Below are positions 28,798 through 38,902 of a stretch of DNA of 64,000 bases, piece by piece. The translations under genes were made by a program, and so were the position numbers. The DNA lies in NCBI GenBank assembly GCA_965247925.1, contig CBDFIB010000004.1, forward strand, positions 1,862,844 to 1,926,843, written 5' to 3'. The notes under the pieces were generated by a model, which was not told the DNA's origin, made no database searches, and worked only from the letters and a program-made list of their open reading frames with translations. Origin of the DNA: Dehalococcoidia bacterium. GTDB lineage: Bacteria > Chloroflexota > Dehalococcoidia > UBA2979. Numbering within the stretch: the first letter of the stretch is position 1; each line of letters opens with the position of its first letter.

Positions 28798-29877
28798 CTA
28801 CTCTGCCGCTGCCGCCGTCCGCGACATGACGTGCAGATCCTCCGCCGGCAACTCCACCACCCAGCGCTCCCGGTTCGCGAGGCCGAGGATCTCGTAGGGC
28901 CTCGAGGCGACCTCGACAGCGATCGGCGGCCCGGCGCCCTCGGGCGCGAGGTGCAAGGTGTGCGTGTTGCCGAAGGCGAGGTCGTCGACGATCCGCGCGA
29001 CGAAGCAGTTCTCCGGCAGCCCGCCGTCCGGATCCACCCGCCGCAGCACGCAGCGCTCCGCGCGGATCGCGACATCGACGGTCTCCGAGTCGGCCACGTC
29101 CGCCGGGACCGCCGCACGCAACGCCAGCCCGGCGACCGCCACACCCTCGGCGTGTTGGTGCGCCTCGAAGATGTTCGAGAAGCCGGTCAGCTCCGCGACC
29201 AGCCGCGAGGCCGGGCGGCGGAAGACCTCGTCGCGCGGGGCGAACTGCAGCACCCGCCCCTCGTCGAGGACCGCGATGCGGTCGGCGAGCAGGTGGGCCT
29301 CGCGCAGGTCGTGCGTGACGAAGACGATCGAGAGCCGCATCTCGCGGCGCAGGCGCAGCAGTTCCGCGCGCAGATCGGCGCGCAGCGCCTCGTCGAGCGC
29401 CGAGAACGGCTCATCGAGCAGGAGCACGTCCGAGTGGCGCACGAGCGCACGCGCGAGCGCCGCGCGCTGCTGCTGCCCGCCGGAGAGCTGGTGCGGCCGT
29501 CGCCCGTCGAGGCCCTCGATCGAGAGCAGCCGCAGCAGCTGCTCGTAGCGCGCGGGCGCGTCCACGTCGCGCTCGAGGCCGATCAGCACGTTGCGGCGCA
29601 GATCGAGGTGCGGGAACAGCGTCGACTCCTGCACGACGTAGCCGCTGCGCCGCTCCTGCGGCGGCAGGTCGACGCCCGCCGCCGCATCGAAGACGGTGCG
29701 CCCGCCGATCTCGATGCGCCCGCTGCGAGGGCGCAGCAGGCCGGTGATGGCGCGCAGCGTCAGGCTCTTCCCGGAACCCGAGCGCCCGTAGAGCACGACC
29801 AACTCGTCGTCGGCATCGAGCGCGACCGAGAGATCGAAGTCGCCGACGCGCGCCTCGAACTGCGCGCGCAGCGTCAT
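28798..29877 (-). CDS. modC: molybdate (or tungstate/sulfate-type) ABC transporter ATP-binding protein with C-terminal MOP/TOBE domain
   Basis: It has Walker A (GRSGSGKS), the signature motif (LSGGQQQRAALARAL) and Walker B (LLLDEPFSALD), plus a C-terminal TOBE domain. Its stop overlaps the modB stop/start region. Confidence 0.75.
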   Translation of the reverse strand: MTLRAQFEARVGDFDLSVALDADDELVVLYGRSGSGKSLTLRAITGLLRPRSGRIEIGGRTVFDAAAGVDLPPQERRSGYVVQESTLFPHLDLRRNVLIGLERDVDAPARYEQLLRLLSIEGLDGRRPHQLSGGQQQRAALARALVRHSDVLLLDEPFSALDEALRADLRAELLRLRREMRLSIVFVTHDLREAHLLADRIAVLDEGRVLQFAPRDEVFRRPASRLVAELTGFSNIFEAHQHAEGVAVAGLALRAAVPADVADSETVDVAIRAERCVLRRVDPDGGLPENCFVARIVDDLAFGNTHTLHLAPEGAGPPIAVEVASRPYEILGLANRERWVVELPAEDLHVMSRTAAAAE

Positions 29878-30671
29878 CGGTACGCCCCTGCCGATGCGGT
29901 GACGCGATGCAGCGCGATCAGCAGCACCGCGGCGAAGCCGAGCAGCACGACCGAGAGCGAGACCGCGCCGGCGATCCCCGCCTCCGACTCGAAGGCGGCG
30001 AGGATCGCGAGCGGCATCGTCTGCGTCCTGCCGGGCAGCGAGCCCGCGAACAGCAGCGTCGCGCCCAGCTCGCCGAGTGCGCGCGCCCAGCAGAGCACCG
30101 CGCCGCCGGCCAGCGAGGGCCAGACCAGCGGCAGCGTGACGCTGCGGAACGTCCGCCAGCGCGAGAGCCCGAGGGTGTACGCGACGCCCTCGAAGCGCGG
30201 ATCGGTGCCCGCGAATCCGGCGTAGGCGGAGCGCACGTAGAACGGCGCGGAGACGAAGAGCTGCGCCAGCACCACCGCCGCCGTGGTGAAGGAGAGCGTC
30301 ACCCCGACGCCGCCAAGCGCATCTCCGAGGTAGCCGCTGCGCCCGAACGCGGTCAGCAGCGCGATGCCCGCGACCGTGGGGGGCAGCACCAGCGGCAGAT
30401 CGAGGAGCGAGGCCGCGAGGCGGGCCGCCCTCGCGCGGCTGCGCGCCAGCAGCCAGGCGAGCGGGGTGCCGAGCAGCACGGCGATCACGGCCGTGATCGT
30501 GGCCGTGATCAGCGAGAGCCGCAGCGCGTTCCAGGTCGCGCCCGAACCGAGCTCGGCGGCGACATCGCCGTCACTCAGCGCGCGCCAGACGAGGCCACCG
30601 AGCGGCAGCAGCAGCAGCAGCGCGAGCAGCGCCCCCGCGACGGCCAGCGAGAGCGTGAGGCCGCGGCTCAC
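29874..30671 (-). CDS. modB: molybdate ABC transporter permease
   Basis: It has a GTG start overlapping the modA stop (GTGA) and the CysT/ModB-type permease EAA-loop region (ALGELGATLLFAGSLPG). Confidence 0.75.
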   Translation of the reverse strand: MSRGLTLSLAVAGALLALLLLLPLGGLVWRALSDGDVAAELGSGATWNALRLSLITATITAVIAVLLGTPLAWLLARSRARAARLAASLLDLPLVLPPTVAGIALLTAFGRSGYLGDALGGVGVTLSFTTAAVVLAQLFVSAPFYVRSAYAGFAGTDPRFEGVAYTLGLSRWRTFRSVTLPLVWPSLAGGAVLCWARALGELGATLLFAGSLPGRTQTMPLAILAAFESEAGIAGAVSLSVVLLGFAAVLLIALHRVTASAGAYR

Positions 30672-31483
30672 CGGGCCTGCACCCCGGCGACGCTGGGCAG
30701 GAACCCGTAGAGCTGGAAGATCGCTTGCGCCTGCGGAGCCAGCAGCCAGGCCAGGAGATCCTCCGCAGCGGGGTCGGCGTCTTCGATCAGTACCGCCACG
30801 TATTCGTTCGGCGGAGTGCGGAGTGGTAGCGCGATCAGGCGCAGCCCGTCCGTCGCCTCCACGTCCGAGGCGTAGACGAAGGCCGCATCGGCCTCGCCCA
30901 GTTCGAGGCGCGAGAGCACGATCCGCACGTTCGGATCCTGCGTCGCGATCTTGCTCCGCAGCGCCGCCGCGGTCTCCGGGTCTTGCAGCTGCACCAACTC
31001 CAGGGCGATCTCGGTGAGCGCGCCGACCGGAACCGAGGGCGCCCCGGCGGCAATACGCACGTCCGCCAGAGCCAGATCGCGAAGGCTCAGCCACGGCCCG
31101 TCGTTGGGAACGGCTACGACGAGCACGTTCGCCGTCACGACCGTGGGGCGGGAGGCGAGCCCGGCGCTCATCAGCCGGCGCGCCTGCAGCGGATTGGCGG
31201 AGATGAACAGGTCATCGCCCGCACCCTCATCGATCTGGGACGCGAGCACCTGCGAGCCGGCGAACCGCAGCTCGACCTCGACACCGGGATAGGCGCGCTC
31301 GAATTCCGCGGCGATGTCGGGCAGTGCGTGGCGCAGCGAGGACGCGGCGGCGACCGTGATCGTCGGCTTGCCGTCGTCGCCGTCGCAGGCGCCGCTGAGC
31401 AGGGCGAGGACGCCGATCGCTATGAGCGTCGGGAGTGGAGCGCGGAAGCGCTGCAATCGCGAGAGTCGCCAGGCCGAGCGCAT
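30668..31483 (-). CDS. modA: molybdate ABC transporter substrate-binding lipoprotein
   Basis: It has a lipobox (LSGACDG), a ModA fold and the motifs SANPLQ and AAFVYASD. The likely start is MRSAWRL. Confidence 0.7.
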   Translation of the reverse strand: MRSAWRLSRLQRFRAPLPTLIAIGVLALLSGACDGDDGKPTITVAAASSLRHALPDIAAEFERAYPGVEVELRFAGSQVLASQIDEGAGDDLFISANPLQARRLMSAGLASRPTVVTANVLVVAVPNDGPWLSLRDLALADVRIAAGAPSVPVGALTEIALELVQLQDPETAAALRSKIATQDPNVRIVLSRLELGEADAAFVYASDVEATDGLRLIALPLRTPPNEYVAVLIEDADPAAEDLLAWLLAPQAQAIFQLYGFLPSVAGVQAR

Positions 31484-31658
31484 TCCGCCCAGGGGTTCCC
31501 CGCAGTTCCGCGCCACCGCACGCTGTCCCGGTACGCCCCGCACTCCGAGTATATGCCGAGCCGTGCCCGGTGCTACGATCGTTACCTGCCCGCGCCCGCG
31601 GGTGTCCGAGGCTCGCGGCGGCTCGTCTGGTCGCTCCAGAGGTCGCCCCGGAGGCCGC

Positions 31659-32214
31659 CGTGCATTTCAACGTCGCCACACTGCTGCAGGAGCCGATCGG
31701 CAGCCGCCGCGACGCGCGCTTCGAGGGCGAGGCGATGCACGTGGCCGCGGCGGGCTGGGACGCGGTCGCCAGTGGCGAGGTGCGGCTGCTGCGCTCGGAC
31801 CGCGGCGTGCTGGTGCAGGCGCGGCTGGAGACGGCCCCCCTGGTCGAGTGCGCGCGCTGCCTCGAGTCGTTCCGGCAAGTAGTCTCACTGACTATCGACG
31901 AGGAGTTCGTGGCGCCGTACGACCTCGTCACGGGCGTCGCCGTGGAAACGATCGACGCGGACGAGTTCCGGATCGACGGGCAGCACCATCTCGACCTCAG
32001 CGAGGCAGTCCGGCAGTATGAACAGACGGCGATCCCGCTTCAGCCGATCTGCCGTCCCGCCTGCGCCGGGCTGTGTCCGGAGTGCGGGTCCAATCGCAAC
32101 CTCGCTCCCTGCGAGTGCGCGAAGGCAGGCACGGCGGGGCCCTGGGATGAGCTGTCCGCTCTGAGCGAGCGGCTGCACGCCACGGAGGAGAGCGATGGCG
32201 CTACCGAAACGTAA
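31659..32214 (+). CDS. YceD/DUF177 family protein (23S rRNA accumulation protein)
   Basis: The Cys-rich C-terminus (CRPACAGLCPECGSNRNLAPCEC) is typical of DUF177. It is immediately upstream of rpmF, which is the conserved synteny. A GTG start is proposed. Confidence 0.6.
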
Positions 32215-32395
32215 AACCCCGAAGGCGAAGCAGCAGCATCGCCGCAGCCACCATCGCATCAACGCTCCGCACCTGGTGCGCTGCACCACGTGCAACTCGT
32301 GGCACATCAGCCATCACGTGTGCGCGACCTGCGAGGTTGACTACAATGAGGCCGCCGCGCCGGCCCCGGCAGCGGAGGCTGAGGAGACGGAGTAG
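32195..32395 (+). CDS. rpmF: 50S ribosomal protein L32
   Basis: It starts MALPKRKTPKAKQQHRRSHH, with ...CTTCNSWHISHHVCATC as a zinc ribbon. Confidence 0.75.
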   Translation: MALPKRKTPKAKQQHRRSHHRINAPHLVRCTTCNSWHISHHVCATCEVDYNEAAAPAPAAEAEETE

Positions 32396-32453
32396 CGCTC
32401 GCCGGTTCGGCGAGGGCACTCCCGACAGATATGGAGTAACTCGCAGAACGCCA

Positions 32454-33419
32454 ATGACACCAATCACCATCCCGGACTTGCCCCCAGCCAGCGATGGCGC
32501 AGCCAGCGCCTGGCTCTTCCCCGGACAGGGCGCGCAACACGTCGGCATGGGCAAGGACCTGGCCGAGGAGATCCCGGCTGCGCGCGCCGTCTTCGAGGCG
32601 GCCGACGAGGCGCTCGGGTTCTCGCTCTCCTCGCTCTGCTTCGAGGGCCCCGAGGACGAGCTGCTGCGCACCGTGAACACGCAACCGGCGCTCGTCGCGC
32701 ACGGCATCGCCGCGCTCGCCGCGGCGATCGACCAGGGCAGCATCAGCGAGGCGCCTACCCTGCTCGCCGGCCACTCGCTGGGCGAGTACGCGGCGCTGAT
32801 CGCCGCGGGCGCGATCAGCTTCGAGGACGGCATCAAGCTGGTACGCGAGCGCGGGCGGCTGATGCAGGAGGCGTGCGACGCGCAGGCGGGCACCATGGCG
32901 GCCATCCTCGGCCTCGAGCGTGCCGCACTGCAGACGATCTGCGCCGACCACGGCGCCGCCGTCTGCAACGAGAACGCCGCCGGCAACATCAGCATCGGCG
33001 GGACCGCCGAGGCCGTCGAGGCGGCGAGCGCCGCGGCCACCGAGGCCGGCGCCTCGCGCGTCGTCCCGCTGAAGGTCGCCGGCGCCTTCCACACGCCGCT
33101 GATGACGAGCGCCGCCGAGGGCATGGCGGCCGTGCTCGCTGCGGCTCCGTTCGGCGATCCCGCCCTGCCCGTCGTCTCCAACGTGACGGCGCAACCACTG
33201 ACCGCCGGGGACGCCCTCGCAGCCGAGTTGCGCGATCAGATCACGAGCCCGGTGCTCTGGCTGGACTCGCTGCGCACTATGCTCGGCGCGGGCGTGAGCT
33301 CGTTCGTCGAGTTCGGGCCCGGCCGGGTGCTCACGGGCACAGTGGGGCGGACCGATCGCTCGGCTGCCGTGCGCAACGTCGCGACCGCCTCCGACGCGCG
33401 CGGCGGAGATGGGGAGTAG
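32454..33419 (+). CDS. fabD: malonyl CoA-acyl carrier protein transacylase
   Basis: It has LFPGQGAQHVGMG and the GHSLGEYAA active site. Confidence 0.85.
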   Translation: MTPITIPDLPPASDGAASAWLFPGQGAQHVGMGKDLAEEIPAARAVFEAADEALGFSLSSLCFEGPEDELLRTVNTQPALVAHGIAALAAAIDQGSISEAPTLLAGHSLGEYAALIAAGAISFEDGIKLVRERGRLMQEACDAQAGTMAAILGLERAALQTICADHGAAVCNENAAGNISIGGTAEAVEAASAAATEAGASRVVPLKVAGAFHTPLMTSAAEGMAAVLAAAPFGDPALPVVSNVTAQPLTAGDALAAELRDQITSPVLWLDSLRTMLGAGVSSFVEFGPGRVLTGTVGRTDRSAAVRNVATASDARGGDGE

Positions 33420-34191
33420 CGGGATGGTGACCGAGACGAGCGCGAGGCCGCTGCTGGGGCGCAACGCCGCCGTCACCGGCGGCGCGCGCGGCATCGGCCG
33501 CGCGATCGCGATGGAACTCGGCCGCCAGGGCGCGAACTTGATCATCACCTATCGCCGCGAGGAACACCTCGCCAGCGCCGTCGCGAGCGACATCCGCGCC
33601 CTTGGCGCGAGCTGCACCTCCGTGCACGTGGACGTGCGCAACCAGGAGGACCTGGAGGCGCTCTTCGAGGAAGGGCGGCAGCGCTACGGCAAGATCGACA
33701 TCCTCGTCAACAACGCAGGCGTCACCGAGGACGGCCTCGTGATGCGGATGAGCGACGACTCCTGGGACCGCGTGATGGAGACGAACCTGCGCGGAGCCTT
33801 CCTCGCGACGCGGCTGGCGCTGCGGCAGATGACGCGGGCGCGCTGGGGACGCATCATCAACATCACCTCCGTCTCCGGCGTCATGGGCAACGCCGGACAG
33901 GCCAACTACGCCGCCGCCAAGGCGGGCATGATCGGCTTCACGCGCGCCGTCGCCCGCGAGGTCGCCTCGCGGCATGTCACGGTCAACGCGGTCGCGCCCG
34001 GCTTCGTGCTGACGGACCTCACGGCGGGGCTCAGCGACAGCCAGAAGAAGGCGATCATCGATATGATCCCACTGGGCCGCCACGCCGAGCCGGAGGACAT
34101 CGCCCCGCTCGTCGCCTTCCTCGCCTCGGACGCCGCGAGCTACATCACCGGCCAGACGCTGCACGTCGACGGCGGCCTGGTGATGCAGTAA
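33409..34191 (+). CDS. fabG: 3-oxoacyl-[ACP] reductase
   Basis: It has the SDR motifs [16 protein letters not shown] and YAAAKAG. The start is possibly the Met at 33424. Confidence 0.8.
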   Translation: MGSSGMVTETSARPLLGRNAAVTGGARGIGRAIAMELGRQGANLIITYRREEHLASAVASDIRALGASCTSVHVDVRNQEDLEALFEEGRQRYGKIDILVNNAGVTEDGLVMRMSDDSWDRVMETNLRGAFLATRLALRQMTRARWGRIINITSVSGVMGNAGQANYAAAKAGMIGFTRAVAREVASRHVTVNAVAPGFVLTDLTAGLSDSQKKAIIDMIPLGRHAEPEDIAPLVAFLASDAASYITGQTLHVDGGLVMQ

Positions 34192-34197
34192 CGGGCG

Positions 34198-34665
34198 ATG
34201 CCGCCCGGTTCGCGCCGCCGCTCGCGCATCGTCGCCTTCCAGGTGCTCTACGAGGCTGACCAGTCCGGCCGCGATCCGCGGCGCATCCTCGACCGTCAGA
34301 TCGACGAATCGCGGCTCTCCACGGAGGCGGCGCAGTTCGCGCGAGCGCTCGTCGAGGGCGTCGAGGCACACCGCGAGCAGCTGGACGAACGGATCGCCGC
34401 GCAGGCGCCGGCGTTCCCGCTCTCCTCGATGGCGCCTACGGATCGCAACGTGCTGCGCCTTGCCCTCTTCGAGATATGCTTCGATAATCGCCCTGCTCCG
34501 CTCCCGGTCGTCATCAACGAGGCCGTCGAGTTGGCCAAGGGATACGGCTCGGAGTCTTCCGGGCGCTTCATTCACGGTGTGCTCGGAAGCATCGCCGCGG
34601 CGGAAGCCACGAAGCACGAGGCGACAACGAACGAGCACAGCGGGCGCTCCGCCGGATCCGACTGA
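34198..34665 (+). CDS. nusB: transcription antitermination factor NusB
   Basis: It has [14 protein letters not shown]...[12 protein letters not shown]...[14 protein letters not shown]...[10 protein letters not shown], the canonical NusB fold. Confidence 0.75.
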   Translation: MPPGSRRRSRIVAFQVLYEADQSGRDPRRILDRQIDESRLSTEAAQFARALVEGVEAHREQLDERIAAQAPAFPLSSMAPTDRNVLRLALFEICFDNRPAPLPVVINEAVELAKGYGSESSGRFIHGVLGSIAAAEATKHEATTNEHSGRSAGSD

Positions 34666-34699
34666 CCCGGCGCTGCCCCAGAGCGAGAGGACCGCAACG

Positions 34700-34960
34700 G
34701 TGGCAACCACGTACGAGCGCGTTCGCGCCCTGATCGTCGAGCAACTCGGCGTCGACGAGTCCCAGGTGACCCCGAACGCATCCTTCGTCGATGACCTCAA
34801 CGCCGACTCGCTCGACCTGGTCGAGCTGATCATGTCGATGGAGGAGGAGTTCTCCGGCGACGGCACGGAGATCGAGATCTCCGACGAGGACGCCGAGAAG
34901 ATCCAGAGCGTGCAGGACGCGATCGACTACCTGCACGACCTCGGCATCGACGACGACTAG
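34700..34960 (+). CDS. acpP: acyl carrier protein
   Basis: It has a GTG start after a GAGAGG RBS and the phosphopantetheine site [15 protein letters not shown]. Confidence 0.8.
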   Translation: MATTYERVRALIVEQLGVDESQVTPNASFVDDLNADSLDLVELIMSMEEEFSGDGTEIEISDEDAEKIQSVQDAIDYLHDLGIDDD

Positions 34961-35074
34961 CCTGCCCCGCCGGCGGGCGGCGTCCACGCCTCGCGGCAGC
35001 GGCGACTCGCCCGCCTGCCGCGGCGAGCCGGGCGCAGCCGAACAGGGCTGCGCCGGGCGTACTATCCTGTAGAC

Positions 35075-35524
35075 ATGGAACTGCTGGGCGTCGGAGCCGC
35101 CGAGGCGTTCGTGGTCCTCGTGATCGCGCTCATCGTCGTGGGCCCGCAGCGCTTTCCCGAGATTGCCCGCGAGGGTGGCCGCTACTTCCGCATGGCTCGC
35201 CGCTACGCGGCCGAGGTCACCTCCGACGTGCGCGGCGCGATGGCGGAGCTCGAGGCCGAGGTCGAGCAGCAGAAGGACGAGCTGCAGGCCGCCCACGAGG
35301 AGATCGCCACTGGCCTCTCCACCTCGATCGCGGAGACGCGCAGCGAGATCGAGAACATCGGGCGTGAGGCGGGAGACGCCGTGCAGGACGCCGCGGCTGC
35401 GCCTGCGCCGCCGCGGGTGATTGAGCCGGACCCGGCTGGCAACGGCGCGAGCCCGCCCGCCGACGCAGCCGGCGGCCTGCGCACCCCGCGCGAGCTGCCC
35501 GCCAGCGACGCCGAGGGCGGCTAA
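35075..35524 (+). CDS. tatB: twin-arginine translocase TatA/TatB family protein (TatB-like length)
   Basis: It has an N-terminal TM helix plus an amphipathic helix (LLGVGAAEAFVVLVIALIVVGPQRFPEIAR) and a long acidic tail. Confidence 0.65.
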   Translation: MELLGVGAAEAFVVLVIALIVVGPQRFPEIAREGGRYFRMARRYAAEVTSDVRGAMAELEAEVEQQKDELQAAHEEIATGLSTSIAETRSEIENIGREAGDAVQDAAAAPAPPRVIEPDPAGNGASPPADAAGGLRTPRELPASDAEGG

Positions 35525-35530
35525 GCCGCC

Positions 35531-36334
35531 GTGGCTACCGCCGTGACCGACGGGCCGACCCCGCCGGACGCCGACGAGGAGACCCCGCCGGACGCCGAGG
35601 AGCAGCCTGAAGGCGGCGAGATGACCCTCATGGGTCACCTCCTGGAGCTTCGCTCGCGCATCACCTGGATGGCCGGCGCGATCGTCCTCGGCATGTGCAT
35701 CTTCTTCCCGTTTCCCATCAACTTCGCGGTCTGGGAGTTCCTGCTCGAACCGGCGAGGTCGCGCATCCCCGGCTTCGAGGCGCAGGCGATCGAGCCGCTG
35801 GAGAACCTCGGCGTCTACTTCCGCATCGCCCTCGCCTGCGGGCTCGCCGTGGCGATGCCGATGCTCGTCTACCAGACGATGCGCTTCGTGGCCCCGGCGC
35901 TGACGAAGAAGGAGAGGCGCTGGATCTACCCGATCGCCGGGGGCGCCTCGTTCGCCTTCCTCGCGGGGATGGCCTTCGCCTACTACGTCGTGCTGCCGGC
36001 GGCCTACAGCTTCCTGTTCCAGTTCGCGAGCGACCTTGCCTCTCCCACCCCGCGGATCAGCAGCTACATGGACCTGACGCTGCGGCTGATCGTGATCCTC
36101 GGGCTCGTGTTCGAGATGCCGATCCTGATCATGGGCCTCGCGAGGATGCGGATCGTGCACTGGCGCAAACTGCTCGGCTGGTGGCGCGTCGCGATCATCG
36201 GCGCCTTCGTGGTCTCCGCGATCGCGACACCGACGATCGACCCCGTGACGCAGTCGCTCGTGGCCGGCCCGATGATCGTGCTCTACGGGCTCGGCATCGG
36301 CCTCGCCTGGATCGTGCGTCCGAGGTCCGACTAG
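35531..36334 (+). CDS. tatC: twin-arginine translocase subunit TatC
   Basis: It has HLLELRSR at its N-terminal region, six TM segments and typical TatC motifs. The start may be the internal Met near 35621. Confidence 0.8.
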   Translation: MATAVTDGPTPPDADEETPPDAEEQPEGGEMTLMGHLLELRSRITWMAGAIVLGMCIFFPFPINFAVWEFLLEPARSRIPGFEAQAIEPLENLGVYFRIALACGLAVAMPMLVYQTMRFVAPALTKKERRWIYPIAGGASFAFLAGMAFAYYVVLPAAYSFLFQFASDLASPTPRISSYMDLTLRLIVILGLVFEMPILIMGLARMRIVHWRKLLGWWRVAIIGAFVVSAIATPTIDPVTQSLVAGPMIVLYGLGIGLAWIVRPRSD

Positions 36335-36418
36335 CGCCCAAGGATGGCGTGATTGCGAGATGGTTCAGCTGTATACGCAGCGCAGCCGTTTCCGGCGGCG
36401 TGCTAGGATAGTCTACAG

Positions 36419-37114
36419 ATGAGCGATGCGATCGGCAGTCCGGCACAGGCGTCCAACGACGCCCTGCTCACCCTCTACGAGGAGATCGCAGACTGCCCCG
36501 CCTGCGAGTTGGCCCGTCACCGCACCCAGACCGTCCCCGGCGTAGGCCCCGCCCCAGCCGAGGTGATGTGCATCGGCGAGGCCCCCGGCGCACGCGAGGA
36601 CGAGCAAGGCTTCCCCTTCGTGGGACCGGCCGGGCGCTTCCTCGACCAGTTGCTGGGCGCTGCCGGGCTCTCGCGGGAGACCGTCCACATCGCCAACGTC
36701 GTCAAGTGCCGCCCGCCCGGGAACCGTGATCCACAGCCCGAGGAGATCGCGGCCTGCACTCCCTTCCTCGAGCGCCAGATCGCGATCGTCGATCCACTGC
36801 TGATCGTCACGCTCGGGCGCTTCTCGATGTCGCGCTGGTTCCCCGGCGCCTCGATCAGCCGCATCCACGGCCGCCCGAAGCGCTTCGGCGAGCGCATCGT
36901 GCTACCGATGTACCACCCCGCCGCCGCGCTCCACCGCGGCGACCTGCGCCCGGTGATCGAGGCCGACTTCGCGCGCATCCCCGAGCTGCTCGCCGAGGCG
37001 CGCAGCGGAGGCGCGCGTGACGAGATCGCGGCCTCCGAGGCGCCCACACCGATCGCGCCGGCGACCGCGGCCGCTGCTCCCCGCTCGCCAGCGGCGCAGC
37101 ACTCGCTGCTGTGA
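36419..37114 (+). CDS. uracil-DNA glycosylase, family 4
   Basis: It has CPACEL...GEAPGAREDEQGFPFVGPAGRFL...HPAA, the family-4 UDG motifs. Confidence 0.75.
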   Translation: MSDAIGSPAQASNDALLTLYEEIADCPACELARHRTQTVPGVGPAPAEVMCIGEAPGAREDEQGFPFVGPAGRFLDQLLGAAGLSRETVHIANVVKCRPPGNRDPQPEEIAACTPFLERQIAIVDPLLIVTLGRFSMSRWFPGASISRIHGRPKRFGERIVLPMYHPAAALHRGDLRPVIEADFARIPELLAEARSGGARDEIAASEAPTPIAPATAAAAPRSPAAQHSLL

Positions 37115-38841
37115 GCGCGAGTAGCGGGGCGGCCCTGCGAGTCATCCCCCTCGGCGGTCTCGGCGAGATCGGCCGCAACATGATGCTCTACGAGCAGGGC
37201 GACGACGTGATTGCCGTCGATGTCGGGCTGATGTTCCCCGACGAGCACATGCCGGGCGTCGACCTCGTGATCCCGGACTGGAGCTACCTGCTGCGCGACG
37301 CCGAGCGGCTGCGCGCCGTCTTCCTCACGCACGGACACGAGGACCACATCGGCGCGCTGACCTTCCTGATGCGCGCGCTGCGCGACCGCGGCGAGCCGCT
37401 GCCGCCGGTGTTCTGCACGCGCCTCACCCGAGGGCTCGTGCAGGTCAAGCTGCGCGAACATCGCCTGCTCGACGAGACGCACGTCCAGGTCATCGAGCCC
37501 GGCCAGACGATCGAGGCCGGCTCGTTCTCCGTCGAGCCCTTCGCCGTCTCGCACTCCATCCCGGACTCCGTCGGCTTCATCATTCACACCGGCCTCGGAC
37601 CGGTCGTGCACACCGGCGACTTCAAGATCGACCACACCCCGGTGATGGGGCAGCACACCGACCTCACGCGCCTCGCCGAGATCGGCCGCGAGGGCGTCCT
37701 GCTGCTCGCCGCGGACTCGACCTACGCCGAGATCGAGGGGCACACCCCGTCCGAGCAGACCGTCGCCGAGGCCCTCGATCGCGTGATCGGGGACGCGCCG
37801 GGGCGGGTCATCGTCGCCACCTTCGCCTCGCTGATCTCGCGCGTGCAGATGGTGATCGACGCTGCCGAACGGCACGACCTGCGCGTCTTCGTGACCGGCC
37901 GCTCGATGGTCAACAACGTGCAGATGGCGCGCGAACTCGGTTACCTGGACGTGCCTGATGGCATCCTGATGAACGTGCGCGAGATGCGGGAGCACGCGGA
38001 CTCGCGCACCGTCGTGATCAGCACCGGCGCACAGGGCGAGCCGACCGCCGCCCTCACCCGCATGGCGAATGGCGACCACCAGCACATCGCCATCACCGAG
38101 GGCGATACCGTGGTCCTCTCCTCGAACCCGATCCCCGGCAACGAGGCGCTCGTCGACCGCAACATCGACAACCTCTTCCGCGCCGGGGCGCGCGTGGTCT
38201 ACAACCGCATCGCGCCCGTCCACGTGCGTGGCCACGCTGCCCGCGAGGAGCTGAAGATCATCCACCGGCTGGTGCAGCCACGGCACTTCATCGGCATCCA
38301 CGGCGAGCACCGCCACCTCGTCATGCACCGCGATCTCGCCGTCGACCTCGGCATCGACGAGGACGATGCCTTCGTACTCAGCGACGGCGACGTGCTGGAG
38401 ATCCGCGAGGATGGCGCCGCGGTCGTCGACAAGGTGTCTGCTGATTATGTCTACGTGGATGGCATCGGCATCGGCGACATTGACCACATCGTGCTGCGCG
38501 ACCGGCGGCGGCTCGCCGCAGAGGGCGTGTGCGTCGTCGTCGTCGCTATCGACCGCCGGCGCGGCAAGCTGGCAGGCGTGCCGCAGGTGCTGTCGCAGGG
38601 CTTCGTGGGCCCCGAGGAAGAAGATCTGATCACCGAGCGCGTGCGCCAGTTGGTCGCCGACCTCGCCGGCGGCGAGGGCGGGCGGTTCGACTGGACCGAC
38701 TGGCGTGAGACACTGGAGGACGAGGTGGCTCGCCTCCTCTATCGCGAGACGCACCGGCGGCCCCTGGTCCTGTCGGTGACCGTGGAGGCGCCCTCCGCTG
38801 GACGGAGCGGCGCACCGCAACGGAGCGCAGCGACGGAGTAG
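37111..38841 (+). CDS. rnj: ribonuclease J
   Basis: It has a metallo-beta-lactamase domain (HGHEDHIG), a beta-CASP domain and a C-terminal domain. It is 576 aa. Confidence 0.85.
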   Translation: MSASSGAALRVIPLGGLGEIGRNMMLYEQGDDVIAVDVGLMFPDEHMPGVDLVIPDWSYLLRDAERLRAVFLTHGHEDHIGALTFLMRALRDRGEPLPPVFCTRLTRGLVQVKLREHRLLDETHVQVIEPGQTIEAGSFSVEPFAVSHSIPDSVGFIIHTGLGPVVHTGDFKIDHTPVMGQHTDLTRLAEIGREGVLLLAADSTYAEIEGHTPSEQTVAEALDRVIGDAPGRVIVATFASLISRVQMVIDAAERHDLRVFVTGRSMVNNVQMARELGYLDVPDGILMNVREMREHADSRTVVISTGAQGEPTAALTRMANGDHQHIAITEGDTVVLSSNPIPGNEALVDRNIDNLFRAGARVVYNRIAPVHVRGHAAREELKIIHRLVQPRHFIGIHGEHRHLVMHRDLAVDLGIDEDDAFVLSDGDVLEIREDGAAVVDKVSADYVYVDGIGIGDIDHIVLRDRRRLAAEGVCVVVVAIDRRRGKLAGVPQVLSQGFVGPEEEDLITERVRQLVADLAGGEGGRFDWTDWRETLEDEVARLLYRETHRRPLVLSVTVEAPSAGRSGAPQRSAATE

Positions 38842-38902
38842 TGAGTCCAGCCCTCGAACCGGTCCGTCTGCTTGGCGGGAGGCGGTCCGGTGAAGGAGCG
38901 GA

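Noticed and set aside
28385-28829. ORFs 28385..28702, 28464..28829, 28531..28785 (plus strand)
   Set aside because: They lie on the RNase P RNA gene, so they are structured-RNA artefacts.
29907-30710. 267-aa plus-strand ORF
   Set aside because: It is antisense to modB and has R/E/D/Q low-complexity composition.
30835-31053. 72-aa minus-strand ORF
   Set aside because: It is an out-of-frame overlap inside modA.
34985-35060. GC-rich palindrome (gccccgccggcgggc) after acpP as a candidate terminator
   Set aside because: It has no U-tract and minimal loop, so I could not distinguish it from a generic GC palindrome in a 70% GC genome.
34568-36160. 530-aa minus-strand ORF
   Set aside because: It is antisense to acpP, tatB and tatC.
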